Below are positions 20,985 to 31,029 of a DNA stretch of 51,230 bases, piece by piece. The translations under genes and the position numbers were made by a program. The notes below the pieces were generated by a model. It saw only the letters and a list, made by a program, of their open reading frames with translations, searched no databases and was not told the DNA's origin. Location: assembly GCA_963977445.1 (NCBI GenBank), contig CAXBPH010000006.1:1-51230 (forward strand), in the 5' to 3' direction. The stretch is from an uncultured bacterium. GTDB lineage: Bacteria; Hydrogenedentota; Hydrogenedentia; Hydrogenedentales; JAEUWI01. Each line of letters begins with the position of its first letter. Position 1 is the stretch's first letter.

Positions 20985-21560
20985 ATGCGAAACACAATCG
21001 TACGATGTAGCGCCTGCGAGCGGGCGCTCAAGTTGCCGGCCGACGTCGGCTATACGTCTCTTGACTGTGACCATTGCGATAAATCGACGGACATCTGGTT
21101 GTTTCCGGCCCTGCACCGGGTAAAAAATAATAGTGCGCCCCAGCAGGTAGTTGACGAGGGACACAGTAGTTGCATGAACCACCCGTCGAAGCGGGCGGTT
21201 GCCGTGTGTGATGGCTGCGGCAAATTTCTTTGTGCCCTCTGCGATATACCGTGGAACAATGACCATTTGTGCAGCCAGTGTATCGAGCACCAGCAAGAAA
21301 AAGACGCGGACAACGTGTTGCGGTCCACCTACATCCATTACGATCGCATCGTATTACTCCTTGCCTTTTTCTCTATTTTTCTGTTTTATCTGGGCCTTTT
21401 TTTCGCGCCGGCTGCCCTCTTTATCGCCTGGCGCTACTGGAAAGAACCCTGGCGGCCCGTCCCCTATAAAAAGTGGGGCATGATTACCTATGTCACCGTC
21501 GCCTTTCTGGCCCTGGTGGTTTGGTCTTCCGCCATCGTCGTGGCCATCATTAACCTATAG
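20985..21560 (+). CDS. Zn-finger (B-box-like) membrane protein
   Basis: CSAC/CDHC, CMNHP...CDGCGKFLCALC...HLCSQC; C-terminal hydrophobic helices. Confidence 0.75.
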   Translation: MRNTIVRCSACERALKLPADVGYTSLDCDHCDKSTDIWLFPALHRVKNNSAPQQVVDEGHSSCMNHPSKRAVAVCDGCGKFLCALCDIPWNNDHLCSQCIEHQQEKDADNVLRSTYIHYDRIVLLLAFFSIFLFYLGLFFAPAALFIAWRYWKEPWRPVPYKKWGMITYVTVAFLALVVWSSAIVVAIINL

Positions 21561-21598
21561 TCCCCGGTTGACCGGGTGCCTCATGAGGCAGGAGTGCG

Positions 21599-22171
21599 TT
21601 GATGTTGAAAATGAGTCGTTTGCCCGGTCGGGCCGTGAAGCGCTTTGGCTGGTCTCTGGAACGGCACCAGCTATGGCTTTCTGGTGAATACTTGTTGCAC
21701 CGGGAAATCTCCGGCTATCGGGAAGAAGTGAAGCGGTATTACTACGGCGACATTCAGGCCATCGTTTCAGGACCCTCCCTGGGCTTTCGCACGTGTAATA
21801 TCCTGTGCCTGCTGGTCTTGTCCCTCTTGTCGCTTCTTGCCCTCGCCATGTATCTCACCAGCGCCTCGGTGACGGCCTACACGTTGGTCTTTCTGGGCGC
21901 GGGTCTCTCCGGATTTACCCTATCCGGGAATCTGATCTTTGGGCCCACCTGCAAGACCACCTTATATACCGCAACCTCGGAGGCCCAACTCTACTCCCTC
22001 GGCCGAAGGCGTAGCACGGAAAAAGCCATCGCCCGCATCCTGCCCTTTATTGAAGCGGCCCAGGGAGCGTACGCCGCCCCAACACCCTCCACCGAGCCCG
22101 TGGAATTCGGCGGTATCACCTCCGAAGGTGCGGTCCCCCCACCAAGTCTGGAAGACCCGCCCAACCCCTGA
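21599..22171 (+). CDS. Hypothetical membrane protein
   Basis: Long ORF co-oriented with the RDD genes, two hydrophobic segments, KRYYYGDIQAI. Confidence 0.7.
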   Translation: MMLKMSRLPGRAVKRFGWSLERHQLWLSGEYLLHREISGYREEVKRYYYGDIQAIVSGPSLGFRTCNILCLLVLSLLSLLALAMYLTSASVTAYTLVFLGAGLSGFTLSGNLIFGPTCKTTLYTATSEAQLYSLGRRRSTEKAIARILPFIEAAQGAYAAPTPSTEPVEFGGITSEGAVPPPSLEDPPNP

Positions 22172-22321
22172 GCACGGGACAGGTCTTAGAGCAGCCCTTG
22201 GCCGGAACCCAATTGAGATGGGTCGTCAATCTCGTGAAGGAGCCCGTCATCTCCGCGAAGGGGGACTTCCAAAAATAACGTGAGTAGTTAAGGCGACCGT
22301 ATTGGATTGAAGCGTACGGTG

Positions 22322-22490
22322 GGGTGCCACGGACAAGCCCGCCAGGGTTTGCCCGTGCTGGGACGGGAAGGCTACCCAACCTCGCTAGTGAATTAAATGG
22401 TGGCTTGCGTATTGAATAAAGGATTCATATGCAATGCTCCGTTCACCAAAATGAGCACGGGCAAGCCCTGAGGGCTTGTCCGTGGCACCC
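22322..22490. repeat. Inverted pair of ~37-bp palindromic REP-like units
   Basis: GGGTGCCACGGACAAGCCCGCCAGGGTTTGCCCGTGCT (22322-22359) is nearly the reverse complement of AGCACGGGCAAGCCCTGAGGGCTTGTCCGTGGCACCC (22454-22490). Confidence 0.75.
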
Positions 22491-22689
22491 AATAATTCCC
22501 GATATGTCAACGGGTACGCCGGCAATGACAACGTCTTGTGAATTGCCGTGTTGCAAGCTACCGCCCTCTTTGGAAGACCACGAAGGCGGAGATCCAGGAA
22601 CGCGAACAGAGAAACCAATACTACTCGCTGGCCACCCGCCTGCGCGGGTAAGGCGCAACAAGGGGTCCGAGACAGTCCCGGCGTCACCT

Positions 22690-24849
22690 TTAGAGGGATT
22701 CGAGTTCCAGCTCTTCGTCCACCGTTTGTATGGCTTCGTAGACGTCGCCGTACCACTGCGCGGGGGGACGGGTGCCCTTGATGTAGGCCTCGCTGTAATT
22801 GCCGCCCAGATGGCCATGTACGCGGTCGATATTAAAAAACTCGATGTTCTCGGGCACTTCAAAATCGCGGACGGGCAAGCCCTCTTCGGCAACTTTCATA
22901 AACTCGATCCAGATGGGGGCGGCCTGGTGACCACCGGTAAAGGTCATCCCATCGTGGTCACGACCCTTTCCCAGCGGACGGTTGTCGGCGTAACCCACCC
23001 ACACCACACAGGTGAAGTCGCGGGTAAACCCGGAGAACCAGGCATCGCGGCTGTCATTGGTGGTGCCGGTCTTGCCGCCACGGGGCCGCTCAAGTTCCCG
23101 GGTGCGCCAGGCTGTGGGCTGATAGCCCAGTCCCGACGTGGGCGTGGCAACCCCCTGGAGCATGTGATTGACCACATAGGCCACATCGGATTGCATCGCC
23201 ACGGGTACGTTGACCGGTGGCGTATATTTCGAGCGCACCAGCCCATCGCGGTCTTTAATTTCAGCAATCATGACCGGACTGTAGAGCAGGCCATTGTTTA
23301 CGAAGGTGGAGTAGGCACTGCACAAATCGAGTACCGAGACCTGAGGCGTTCCCAGGGCAATGGTCAGTCCCTGCACATCGGTCTGAAGGCCGCAGCTCTG
23401 CAGGTAGGAACGAACATAGGGCACGCCCAGTTGCTCTACCAGCCGGACGGAAACGATATTCACCGAGCGCTCCAGGGCATAGCGGATGGGCATGGGGCCA
23501 TGAAACTTGCCATCAAAATTCTTCGGACGCCACACCCGCCCGATAGCATCGGTGCGTGCGAAGGGCTCATCGAGGATTACCGTCGACGGCGTCATGCCAC
23601 TGGCAACGGCGGCGGCCCACACAAAGGGCTTGATACTGGAACCGATAAGGCGCTTGGCCTGGGTCGCACTGTTGAACTTGATGGTATCGAAGTCACGACC
23701 ACCCACCATGGCACGGACGTAGCCCTCGAAACCCGGACGGTTGTCGATGCACACGAGGGCTCCGGAAACGGGTACAAACTCGTCTTCCTTACCGTTCTTC
23801 ACCAACCAGGCCTTTTTATTCTCGTCAAAGTGCTCCAGCCGCGCCAACAGGGCCTTTTCGGCGGCCCGCTGCATGCGCATATCTACGGTGGTGTAGATTT
23901 CCATGCCCTGTTCAAGTACTTCTTCTTTGTTGTATTCGTCATAAATCATGCGCCGCACTTCTTCCACAAAGTACGGGGCCTGGAATTTGGCGGGGGACCA
24001 CACGCCATTACCCTCGCCTTCGAGGCGCTCTTCCGGGGTAATCACCGAGGCATCCAGGTCTTCGGCCAGGGCGAGCTCATAGGCTTCCTGCGTAATAAAC
24101 TCATTCTCCAGCATCTGCCCCAATACGATATCCCGTCGGGCCAGGGCATTTTCAGGATTGTGAATGGGCTCCTGCACGTTGGGGGCGCGGGTGAGTCCCG
24201 CCAGGGTGGCGGCTTCGCCGAGGGTCAACTCCCGACAGCTCTTGGAATAGTACTGGCGCGAAGCGGCTTCGACGCCATAGGCGCTGATACCCAGGAAAAT
24301 CTGGTTCAGATAGAGTTCCAGAATTTCGTCTTTCGTAAATTCCCGTTCTACCTGAAGGGCCGCAATCGCTTCCCGTATTTTTCGTTCCAGGGAGTATTCC
24401 GTACCGATGGAAAGGTCTTTAACATTACGGACCAACTGCTGGGTAATGGTGCTGGCACCGCGAAAACGGCCGCTTTTGAGCCCCTGGAGGGCCGCATTGA
24501 TGATGGCATCGGGGCGCACACCCTTATGCTCATAGAAAGGGTGATCCTCGGTGGCAATAAAGGCCTTGACCAGCACCAGGGGCATTTCGCTGAGGGGGGC
24601 CAACTGGCGCTCTTCGATGGTGAACTGGCCGAGTAACTCGCCGTCGCTGGAGAACACCTTGCTGCCGATATTAGGCCGAAACTCTTCCAGGGCCGCAATG
24701 GTGGTCTTCGCATCTTCCAAAACCCACACAAAAACCCCCAGCCCGGCACCCCACAGGGACGCCATCACGAGCATAAGGAAAAAGAAAAGGCCTGCGCAGC
24801 CGCGTTTTACATTATCGTTCTTCGTTTCGGGGGGCGTATTGTCTGCCAT
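22690..24849 (-). CDS. mrcA: Class A penicillin-binding protein 1A (transglycosylase/transpeptidase)
   Basis: EDHPFYEHKG, GASTITQQL, RKIREA, YLNQIFLG; SSIK, SVN, KTG. Confidence 0.92.
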   Translation of the reverse strand: MADNTPPETKNDNVKRGCAGLFFFLMLVMASLWGAGLGVFVWVLEDAKTTIAALEEFRPNIGSKVFSSDGELLGQFTIEERQLAPLSEMPLVLVKAFIATEDHPFYEHKGVRPDAIINAALQGLKSGRFRGASTITQQLVRNVKDLSIGTEYSLERKIREAIAALQVEREFTKDEILELYLNQIFLGISAYGVEAASRQYYSKSCRELTLGEAATLAGLTRAPNVQEPIHNPENALARRDIVLGQMLENEFITQEAYELALAEDLDASVITPEERLEGEGNGVWSPAKFQAPYFVEEVRRMIYDEYNKEEVLEQGMEIYTTVDMRMQRAAEKALLARLEHFDENKKAWLVKNGKEDEFVPVSGALVCIDNRPGFEGYVRAMVGGRDFDTIKFNSATQAKRLIGSSIKPFVWAAAVASGMTPSTVILDEPFARTDAIGRVWRPKNFDGKFHGPMPIRYALERSVNIVSVRLVEQLGVPYVRSYLQSCGLQTDVQGLTIALGTPQVSVLDLCSAYSTFVNNGLLYSPVMIAEIKDRDGLVRSKYTPPVNVPVAMQSDVAYVVNHMLQGVATPTSGLGYQPTAWRTRELERPRGGKTGTTNDSRDAWFSGFTRDFTCVVWVGYADNRPLGKGRDHDGMTFTGGHQAAPIWIEFMKVAEEGLPVRDFEVPENIEFFNIDRVHGHLGGNYSEAYIKGTRPPAQWYGDVYEAIQTVDEELELESL

Positions 24850-25046
24850 GGGGAATTGTCCTGTTTTGCCGTACTGCACCTGGGTTCGGGATGTCGCTGC
24901 CGGGAAGTTTCTGGTCGCAGTTGCAGGTTCACGGAGAGAAAAAGCCGCATCACGGCTTCTTCTGTAAGTTTATCACCCCACACGAGATTCGGGCAATCGC
25001 CGGGGTCTACTGCGACAAGGACCACAGGTGGAATGCCTGAAAAAGC

Positions 25047-25445
25047 TCAAGAAGTTCCCTGTTCCTCCTGAAGCATGAGGTTGGGACGTATCCGAAAGAT
25101 ATAAAGACACAGGCCCTGGGCCACGACCGCCCCCAGACCATCTGCCAGCATGTCCATGGCGGAAAAGGTGCGATTTGGCGTAAATAATTGGTGAATTTCG
25201 TCTGAAACGCCAAAAATCAGGGCAAACGTGGGGGGAACAACAAGACGGAGCCAGAACGGGTGCATTTGAGGTGCCCGGTGCATGCCGATAGAAATAATCC
25301 CCGCAAGCACGCCATAAACCAGGAAATGGGCCACTTTATCCGACCCTTCGAAGTCGATTTCGGCCCCGGGTGGGTGGGATTGGTTCGACATCCAGAAAAT
25401 AAAGGCGCAATACAGGGCCGTGGCAAGGTAGTAACGGGGCTTCAC
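25047..25445 (-). CDS. VanZ-family membrane protein
   Basis: DKVAHFLVYGVL, SDEIHQLFTPNR...DMLADGLG; start inferred at GTG 25445. Confidence 0.85.
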   Translation of the reverse strand: MKPRYYLATALYCAFIFWMSNQSHPPGAEIDFEGSDKVAHFLVYGVLAGIISIGMHRAPQMHPFWLRLVVPPTFALIFGVSDEIHQLFTPNRTFSAMDMLADGLGAVVAQGLCLYIFRIRPNLMLQEEQGTS

Positions 25446-25746
25446 GAGGCCAACTCCGAAGTTAAGGCATTGGGGCGACGGGTCGTCAGTCTGCACGTGC
25501 CCACGGCGTCAACCGGCCCTTGAGATTCGACTTCCTATGGTACGGAAGGCGGGTTGGTCGTGTAAAGGACGACGCCCTTCCGGGCTTCTAAATACTTAAA
25601 ACCTGTCCCGTCATAGGTTTGCACCAATTGGGCGGTATATGTTAGTGTTTTCGGGTTTGCCACTTGGGGACTTTTTCCCTGTGGCCGTCTCGTACTACGT
25701 CGACTGCAACGGCGTGCCCGTTTCCTTAGACCGGAGGTTTAGATCG

Positions 25747-27744
25747 GTGCATATTTTTCGCAAACACAAACAAGCACTTCTCATTTTCATGTTTGTTGCC
25801 ATTGGCTTTCCCATGCTGTTTTTCGGCGTGCCCTGGGGAGGTGCCCCCCCCAACCCCTATTCCGATATAGAGGTTGCAAATGTTGCCGGTGTTCCCATCA
25901 TGGCGTCCGAGTTTCGTCGTAATCTGACGACCGCCGGACAGCGCCAGGCCCGCGGCGGGGAAACACCCTCGTTCAAAGAGCTGCAAGAACAAGGCGTCGC
26001 CAGTGAAGTATTCGAGCAGATGATGACCTCTGCCCTGATTGCCAGCCTGGAAGCCAAACGTGGCTTTACGCTGGACCAATCTTTCCTGGAAGATCGCCTG
26101 AAAGAAGATGGCGGATTTCAGGATGAAGCGGGCAATTTTAATGGTGCCCGTTATAATGCCTGGGTCAAAGCCAACAAGGGTACCGACTGGGACGCCATCT
26201 ACGATAGCGTCCAGCAAGAAGTGTCCCGCCAGATTTATTTGACGGCCCAGCTGGCCTCGGCCAATCGCGTCCTCGACGCCGATGTGGAACAAGAGCTGCG
26301 GGATAATTCGACCAAGATCCAGATGGAATACGTCAAGGTCGAGCCTCCCGTAGAACTGACCGACGCCGACATTCAGGCGTACTATGACGAACACAAAGAT
26401 TCCTATAATAAGCCCCAGACCTACGCCGTCGACTACGTAGCCTTTTCGCTCCAGCCCGAGGGTCCCGGTGAAAAAGTCGCCGAAGTCCTGGCCAAAGCCA
26501 AAGCCGGTGAAGACTTCGCCGCCCTCGCCGACGAATACTCCGACCTGGAAACCAAAAACGGCGGGGATCTGGGTGATTGGTTTGCCGAGCGGGAAACCGA
26601 GCTCGACTACCGCAAGCCCCTCTTCGCGTTGAAGCCCGGTGAAGTCAGTGATCCGATTGCGGGTCCTGGTGGCTACTACATCTATAAGCTGGAAGAAGAA
26701 CGGACCAACGAAGAAACCCAGGTCCGCGAAATCAAGGCCCGTCATATCTACATCAAGGTTGCCCTTTCCGACAGCGCCCGGGCCGACCTGGACATTAAGG
26801 CCAATGAGTTGGCTGCAAAGACCAAAGAGACCAATGATCTCCGTGCTGCTGCCACCGAATTGGGCCTGAACGTGGCCTCCACGTCGGGCTTCTCGGTCGA
26901 ATCCACCGAGATTGACGGCATTCCCCGGGTAGACGCCTTCCAGTTTCGCCGTAGTGTGGATGAAGAAGCCACCCGCGAAGTGAAAGAATTCAATGTGGTC
27001 ACCGCCCGCGACAACATTTATGTAATCCGGCAGGTGGGCCCGCCAACGGAAGGTGCAAGTCAGCCCCTTTCCGACGTGCGTGAATTGGTCATCGATGATG
27101 CCAAGGCCGCCCGGAAGGGTGACGACGCCTACAAAGTAACGGTCACGGAATACGCGGACAAGATCCTTGCCCAGGCCAAGACCCTCGACGAATTGAAGAC
27201 CACCTTCCCCGAACTGGACGCGCAGATTAAAGAAACACGTCCCTTCACCAAGAAGGAATATCTCTTCCAGGATCAGATTTATCTCCAGACCATGGAGATT
27301 TACGACGCCCTCGAAGGCAAAGAAAAAAATGCTATCGCTGGTCCATTGACGGACTTCCTGGGGGGCACCTATTTCATCGCCCTGACCAATCGCGAAGAGC
27401 CTACGGAAGAAGAGAAAGCCAACTGGGATGAAGAAGGCAAGGCCCTTCGGGACCGCATGCTGGCTTCCGCCCGTTATGAGTTGACCGAAGACTTCACCAA
27501 GGATCTCCAGGAACGCACCATGCCCAACGTGAGCGTTTCTCTTGACGAAAAGGCCTATACCGCGATTCTGGGCCTGGACGATGAGAGCACCGATAGCGCG
27601 GACGAAACCGCAACCCCTGCGCTGGACGTGATTACGGAAGAAGTGCCCGCAGCGGATGCGCCGACAGACGCCGCGCCCGCAGAAGCGGCCACCCCGGCTG
27701 AGGCGGATGCTCCGGCCGAGGCGGCAAGCACCGACGCCAACTAA
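25747..27744 (+). CDS. ppiD: PpiD/SurA-type periplasmic chaperone with parvulin PPIase domain
   Basis: N-terminal TM, SurA_N-like region, GEDFAALADEYSD..NGGDLG..GEVSDPI; GGAGG before GTG 25747; acidic Ala/Pro tail. Confidence 0.82.
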   Translation: MHIFRKHKQALLIFMFVAIGFPMLFFGVPWGGAPPNPYSDIEVANVAGVPIMASEFRRNLTTAGQRQARGGETPSFKELQEQGVASEVFEQMMTSALIASLEAKRGFTLDQSFLEDRLKEDGGFQDEAGNFNGARYNAWVKANKGTDWDAIYDSVQQEVSRQIYLTAQLASANRVLDADVEQELRDNSTKIQMEYVKVEPPVELTDADIQAYYDEHKDSYNKPQTYAVDYVAFSLQPEGPGEKVAEVLAKAKAGEDFAALADEYSDLETKNGGDLGDWFAERETELDYRKPLFALKPGEVSDPIAGPGGYYIYKLEEERTNEETQVREIKARHIYIKVALSDSARADLDIKANELAAKTKETNDLRAAATELGLNVASTSGFSVESTEIDGIPRVDAFQFRRSVDEEATREVKEFNVVTARDNIYVIRQVGPPTEGASQPLSDVRELVIDDAKAARKGDDAYKVTVTEYADKILAQAKTLDELKTTFPELDAQIKETRPFTKKEYLFQDQIYLQTMEIYDALEGKEKNAIAGPLTDFLGGTYFIALTNREEPTEEEKANWDEEGKALRDRMLASARYELTEDFTKDLQERTMPNVSVSLDEKAYTAILGLDDESTDSADETATPALDVITEEVPAADAPTDAAPAEAATPAEADAPAEAASTDAN

Positions 27745-27780
27745 GCGCCGCCGCTTCGACCCTGTGACTGAATCTGGTTT

Positions 27781-27814
27781 ACCGGCCTTCCCGCGCTCTG
27801 GGAAGGCCGGTTTT
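27781..27814 (+). terminator. Intrinsic terminator
   Basis: ACCGGCCTTCCC/GGGAAGGCCGGT plus TTTT. Confidence 0.75.
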
Positions 27815-27854
27815 GTATGGGTGCCTGAGGCACCCGAAACATGACGGTGATACT

Positions 27855-28379
27855 ATGGCCGAACTTGAACCCCACTACGCCGAAATCGATATTGCGAATT
27901 TAGCGCCTATTCCACGGAACCCGGTCCATGTAGTGGTGGATAATATCCGTAGCGCCTTTAACGTCGGCTCCATTTTTCGCACCTGCGACGCGGGTGCCGT
28001 CGCCCACATCCACCTCTGTGGCATGGCGGCCCACCCGCCCCACAAGAAGCTGGAAAAGACGGCCCTGGGTGCCTTTGAGTATGTGCCCTGGAGTTACTAC
28101 GAGCGCACCAAAGACTGTCTTGCCGCCCTGAAAGAACAGGACATCCCCATCGTGGGTATTGAAGTGGCCGACAACGCGGAAGACATGCACGAGTTCCAAT
28201 GGCCCAAGCCCGTGGCCATTGTCTTTGGCAACGAGGTCAACGGAATTCACGAACGCAATCTGAAACGCTGTGATCATGTGGTTAAAATACCTATGCACGG
28301 CTATAAAAACAGCATCAACGTCGCCAATGCCTTCGGCATCGTGCTCTATGATATATTGGGAAAGTGGAACGCACTTTAA
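27855..28379 (+). CDS. SpoU/TrmH family RNA 2'-O-methyltransferase
   Basis: DNIRSAFNVGSIFRTCDA, FGNEVNG, IPMHGYKNSINVA. Confidence 0.9.
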   Translation: MAELEPHYAEIDIANLAPIPRNPVHVVVDNIRSAFNVGSIFRTCDAGAVAHIHLCGMAAHPPHKKLEKTALGAFEYVPWSYYERTKDCLAALKEQDIPIVGIEVADNAEDMHEFQWPKPVAIVFGNEVNGIHERNLKRCDHVVKIPMHGYKNSINVANAFGIVLYDILGKWNAL

Positions 28380-30667
28380 ACGACAAAGACCTGCCAGCCC
28401 GTTCCGGCACGCAGCCACAGGGACCGCGTAGTTTGGGCCGAACTATCCTCACACCAAAAAATGTTACGACGGGCGATGCCATTGGCGGCAAAGCCTCCGG
28501 ACTGTGGCTCTTGCACCAGCTTGAGGCACCGGTGCCGCCGTGGATCGTGCTGCCCGAAGGGGCCGGCGAAATTATTCTCGCCGGAGCCCACCCGCCGAAC
28601 ACCCTCTCCCCCCTCTTTCACGAACTCAACGGGGGGACCGGGCTCGCCGTGCGCTCGTCCAGCCGCCATGAAGATCAGCGGGAACACTCGGGGGCCGGGG
28701 CCTATCTCACCAAATTCTGCAGCCGGCCCGAAGGCTTGCCTGCCGCCATCGCCGCCGTACTCGACAGCGCCGCCGCATCCAAGGGAACCGCCGCCGATGC
28801 CGGGATGGCCGTCATCCTTCAGCGCCAGATTCAGCCCGCCCTGGCGGGGGTCATTTTTTCGGCCCACCCCAGTTGTGCCCGCGCCGATTGCGCCTATGTG
28901 GAGCTTGTAGAGGGTAGCCCCGTGGGCCTCGTGAATGGCACCGTATCGCCTTACCGCGCGACCCTCGATCCCATTGATGGTGCCCTCGCGGAAAACGACG
29001 ACGACACCATCCTGCCCCCGTCCTTTACCCCGGCAATTGTGCGCAAATTATCCTATTGGCTCCGTCGGGTGGAGCGTGCCATGGGCTGCGCCGTCGATAT
29101 TGAGTGGGCCGTTGACCGGGATGGCCTCTGGCTCTTGCAGGCCCGGCCGATTACCCGACTTTTCCTGGATCCCCGGTTGCGACCGGCCCTTCGTGCCACG
29201 TCCTGGTTCTTTGACCAGCGCTTTGCCGAGCCGATTCGTCCCCTCACCCGCTCGTCCCTCGTGCCCCTGATTCTGCGCACGGGCATCCAGGAGGCCCTGT
29301 CGCTGCGCAGGAAGGCCGCACCCGATCCACTGGTGTGCGACTATGCCGGACAGCTCTACGTGGCTCTGGAGGCCTACCACCGCCTTCTTAGCGGCATTCC
29401 CTTTACCTGGCTCACGGCCGATCTGCGCCAGCTCTTTCCCGAAGGCCAGCGACCACCCCGCTGGCTCCCGCCCCCCACCATGGCAGGTGAGGGCCTCCGC
29501 ATACTCTGGCAGACCCGTCGGGAGAGTCTCTTCAATCTGCGGACCTGGCAGGCCTTTCTCAAGCGCCTGGACCGGTCCCTCTCAGATATACCCGATGCCG
29601 ATGGGAAGAATCCCGAGAGTTGGGTAAATGCCTGGATCTCCCTCGATGCCCTGACGGTCGATTTTCTGAAAATACATCGCTGGAGCATCATGCTGGCCGA
29701 TGGGGGCTATGGGCTCTTCCGCTGGGCAAACACCTGGCGCTCCCCCGAGTCCCGCGCTATCCGACACCGGCGCCTGCAGGCACGGGTACGGCTCGTGACC
29801 ACCCAGGCCAATGCCGCCCGACTCGCTGTGGAAGAAGCACGACAGGCCGACGACGCCTTCATTCGGCGCTTTGGTCATCGTTCAGCGTCTCTGGATTATG
29901 TGACACCCACCTGGGGCGAAGTCTATGGCCACCTTGACGAGCCCGCCCTGCCCACGACCGAAATGCTCCAGGTATATCGTCGCCGACGAGGTTGGTTACC
30001 CCGACTCCTGGAACTCCGGGAAGAACAGCGATTTGTCTGGGAAATGATCCTGGCGCGGCAACGGCGCCTGCTGATTCGGGCCGCCCTGCGTCTGGAAGAG
30101 CGGGGGCTCATAGGCCGACACGAGGATATCTGGTGGATGACCTGGGACGAGGTGCATGACGGACTCTGCGAAGGCGCCCGACCCGATGGATCCGATCTCG
30201 AACGTCGGGAGCGGGCCCACTATGTCCATGGCGCGATAGTGCGGCCACCGGGGATTGCCCCCATGGCTGCGGACGACGACGCGCGGACGGAACGACCGGT
30301 GAACTCCGAACAGGTAAGCAACGCGAACCTGGTAGGGCTGGGGGCTTCCACAGGACGGGTCCGGGGTACGGCGCTGGTCGCAACACGCTCCAACGAAGTA
30401 CCGGAAAATCTGGGCGACGATATTATCCTTGTATTGCCTTCCCTGGATCCGGGCTGTTCCTCGGTCATGGCCCGGGCCTGTGGCCTGATCATTGAGCGGG
30501 GCGGCCTCCTTTCCCATGCGGCCATACTGGCGCGGGAATATGGCATTCCGCTGGTCATAGGCATTCCGGATGTGCTGGATGTGATCCAGAACGGAGACCT
30601 CCTTGAGATCGACGGAGAGCAAGGTACCGTAACGGTGGTGTCCCCGGGGACTGCACCGGCCGAATGA
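28364..30667 (+). CDS. PEP-utilising dikinase-like enzyme (PPDK N-terminal ATP-grasp plus C-terminal phospho-His swivel; rifamycin-phosphotransferase/PigC-like layout)
   Basis: GGKASGL, AVRSS..ED, DIEWA, LLQARPIT; ERGGLLSHAAILAREYGIP. Confidence 0.85.
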   Translation: MERTLNDKDLPARSGTQPQGPRSLGRTILTPKNVTTGDAIGGKASGLWLLHQLEAPVPPWIVLPEGAGEIILAGAHPPNTLSPLFHELNGGTGLAVRSSSRHEDQREHSGAGAYLTKFCSRPEGLPAAIAAVLDSAAASKGTAADAGMAVILQRQIQPALAGVIFSAHPSCARADCAYVELVEGSPVGLVNGTVSPYRATLDPIDGALAENDDDTILPPSFTPAIVRKLSYWLRRVERAMGCAVDIEWAVDRDGLWLLQARPITRLFLDPRLRPALRATSWFFDQRFAEPIRPLTRSSLVPLILRTGIQEALSLRRKAAPDPLVCDYAGQLYVALEAYHRLLSGIPFTWLTADLRQLFPEGQRPPRWLPPPTMAGEGLRILWQTRRESLFNLRTWQAFLKRLDRSLSDIPDADGKNPESWVNAWISLDALTVDFLKIHRWSIMLADGGYGLFRWANTWRSPESRAIRHRRLQARVRLVTTQANAARLAVEEARQADDAFIRRFGHRSASLDYVTPTWGEVYGHLDEPALPTTEMLQVYRRRRGWLPRLLELREEQRFVWEMILARQRRLLIRAALRLEERGLIGRHEDIWWMTWDEVHDGLCEGARPDGSDLERRERAHYVHGAIVRPPGIAPMAADDDARTERPVNSEQVSNANLVGLGASTGRVRGTALVATRSNEVPENLGDDIILVLPSLDPGCSSVMARACGLIIERGGLLSHAAILAREYGIPLVIGIPDVLDVIQNGDLLEIDGEQGTVTVVSPGTAPAE

Positions 30668-30908
30668 TGCAGCTGTAGCCTGGTGAACCATGTGGTCAAC
30701 AGGTGTCTTCTTGTATGAAACAACGATGGTGATCGCCGGGGCCGTCCCCCTGAGGGAGATGGCATTCTGGGGATGGCATTGCCCCGCAGGCAGGTGGCAC
30801 TCAGGGGGACGGCCCCGACTATCTTCGCGCGCTTTTCTGAAAAGCCATCGCAAGCCGACCACGGGGTTTGCGGCGCTGGGTGTCGGCTGCCATGTCGGTG
30901 CGGTCCCC
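30646..30908. repeat. MITE/REP-like element, same family as 182-410
   Basis: GGGGACTGCACCGGC and GTCGGTGCGGTCCCC ends; internal GGGGCCGTCCCCCTGAG and CTCAGGGGGACGGCCCCG arms; homologous along its length to 43689-43956. Confidence 0.85.
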
Positions 30909-31029
30909 GACGTGGCGACCGTTACCCTCGACGCTTGCAGTTTCGGCGGGAGGTCGGTAGGATATCTCTAGTGGTCACTGCCGTGACCCTGCACCCGAAA
31001 AACGCTACTGTGGAGAAGCCCCAGAGTCA

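Noticed and set aside
22429..24636. 735-aa plus-strand ORF (and similar long antisense ORFs at 12710, 16421, 18838, 39187)
   Set aside because: Shadow ORFs opposite well-supported genes, with no recognisable motifs
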